DNA from: Azolla caroliniana | Taxonomy: Eukaryota; Plantae; Polypodiophyta | Direction: 5' to 3' | NCBI GenBank assembly: GCA_043228905.1 | Contig: JBHGNT010000010.1 | Location: 18,228,001 to 18,292,000 of the forward strand | Length of the DNA stretch: 64,000 nt | In this document: positions 62,396 to 64,000 of the stretch, one piece after another | Layout: each line of letters opens with the position of its first letter | Position numbering within the stretch: position 1 is the first letter of the stretch | Program-made: the position numbers and the translations under genes | Notes under the pieces: model-generated | What the model was told of the DNA's origin: nothing | Seen by the model: the letters and a program-made list of their open reading frames with translations, nothing else | Database searches by the model: none

Positions 62396-63680
62396 GTTCT
62401 CTGTTTTACAAAACACGCTTCCGCAAACACTTACATTTACAGGAGAGGCAGAGTAGGGGGGCACTTGGCACCCAGTTCCAGTGGTGGCGGAGGTTGATAA
62501 CATCTGGAAGACAAACTCGGATGTTACTAAGGTGGAACCCCATTGGAAGTTATGGGTATATGGTTCTCGTCCCCTCGTTGAACTAGAATGGGACCCAGGG
62601 GATTTCAGGTGGAAACATGATGGCAAACTCTGCTACTTCTTCGAATATAGCACTAAATTGGGGCAGACTTTACAACTGCAGCTCGATGGTCCCCTTCATA
62701 ATGGCTGGCGAACATTGGGCATCCCTAACGAGGTGCTCATTACCTTTTGGAAGGGTCTTTGGCATCTCCACATGCCTAAAAAAATCAAGCTCTTTTGGTG
62801 GCAGATCGATCATAATGTGGTTCCCGTTGGCGAATGGCTAGGTAAAAGTGGTGGCCCAATAGGTTGCCCGCTTTGCTCTTCACCTATTGAGTCTTTGAGA
62901 CATTGTCTTTGGGATTTCCCTCAAGCTCAAAAGGTATGGGACAAAGTCACTCGCCTCCTTGCGGCATGTGAAGTGGAAGGAACATCATCGTGGAGTGATG
63001 CGGCATGGATTGACCACTGAACTGATAGGTGGACGAACGCCTTCAATGCGAATAGTTGGTGTTATGTATGCATGAGAGGCAAAATCGTCAAGATCCTCTT
63101 TGAGAGAGACTTGTTGTCCGCATCCCCTAGGTTCCTGGAAATTTGGAGGTTGATCGCAGGCTTCACCTTGTGGTATGTCTGGAAAGCACGATACCTAAAG
63201 GTTTTCCAAGATCTGGTACAACCCCTAGAGGAAGTGATCATGCATATATGGTTTGCGCTTATCAGCTGCCTACGAGGGCAATTGGACGAGGTTTGCAACC
63301 ACTCCAATGATGTGGCCATTGCCCGTTTGTGCTTTTGGCAGAAATGGTAGAACACACCTATGGTGACGCTAGGAGGAAGTGGCCCAAGGTGGAACTACTA
63401 GCCCCCACGCTGGTTGTTTCCTTCTCACATGCCACCCTCCCTTCGTTGTAGGCCCCAGGAGTCAGCTCATAGTGACCTGACACTAAAGGCCACTGCTTTT
63501 AGTTATAGGTATCTACTTACTTTAGGTAGTCAGTTTGAAAGACTATGTAAATAGTCTCATTTTCTTGATCTTGATTGGAGGGAGATTCCTCGTTTTGTGT
63601 ATAAGCTTCCTTGTATAGTCTCCTTGTAATAACCCTTCCTAACTAATGGGAAAGTAGCTTCATTTTGATAAAAAAAAGAA
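61844..63680 (+). mobile_element. 5'-truncated LINE (ORF2 C-terminus) carrying a solo LTR
   Basis: 15-bp TSD aactatgg(t/c)cacacc at 61829-61843 and 63681-63695, with a poly-A tail. Contains WKLWVYGSRPLVELEWDP...KIKLFWW...CPLC...ESLRHCLW...WYVWKAR. Confidence 0.88.
62009..62441 (+). mobile_element. Solo LTR (433 bp) nested in the LINE
   Basis: TGTTGAGC...TTTACA, with exact TSD ggaga at 62004-62008 and 62442-62446. Contains TATAAATA and a (CT)n tract. Confidence 0.88.
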
Positions 63681-64000
63681 AACTATGGCCACACCACACA
63701 TGAAGGAAGGAATGTCCATAGTTCTTGGCATGCACACAAGAATTTTTTGGAATAAGACACTAATGAAAAATGTGAAAAACTTTGAGATGGCAAGGTTGTG
63801 GGTACAATTCACATATGCTCAAGATGATAAAATGGTTTGGTCAATAACTAAATATTGGAAACATGAATGAAAATCAAACACCACCAACATGTATGCTAAA
63901 TGTGGCTAGCTTGGAAAAAACCGAAAAAACATTTAATGATCTTTCAGATCGGGTGTTGTGGGATAGAGCAGCTTCAATAGTTGCACAATCTCTACGGAAA

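Overview
Eukaryotic, AT-rich land-plant genomic DNA. A non-seed plant such as a fern is plausible, but the taxon cannot be fixed from this window. Three intron-containing host genes can be fully spliced with GT-AG junctions and consistent phases: (1) a compact NUP1/NUP136-like nucleoporin (+, 8697-11391, 3 exons, 676 aa); (2) an ERF-VII-like AP2/ERF factor starting Met-Cys (-, 18719-16518, 2 exons, 507 aa); (3) a 23-exon glutaminyl-tRNA synthetase (-, 42650-26709, 799 aa). The rest is transposon-rich. It holds the 3' end of a chromodomain Ty3/gypsy element plus a solo LTR, a tRNA-derived SINE with TSD, at least six L1-like LINE remnants (three with TSDs) and a hAT-like MITE. It also holds an integrase-deleted Copia inside a GlnRS intron, two related solo LTRs, and one intact, GC-rich, apparently very young Ty1/copia element nested in a LINE endonuclease. 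The most interesting points are the non-canonical Met-Cys N-terminus of the ERF-VII-like protein with an internal CGGA relic, the potentially active Copia, a repeat with convergent tRNA-like Pol III boxes, solo LTRs conserving hairpin stems around the TATA box, and an isolated 87-nt hairpin. All coordinates were read by eye; no database search was run.
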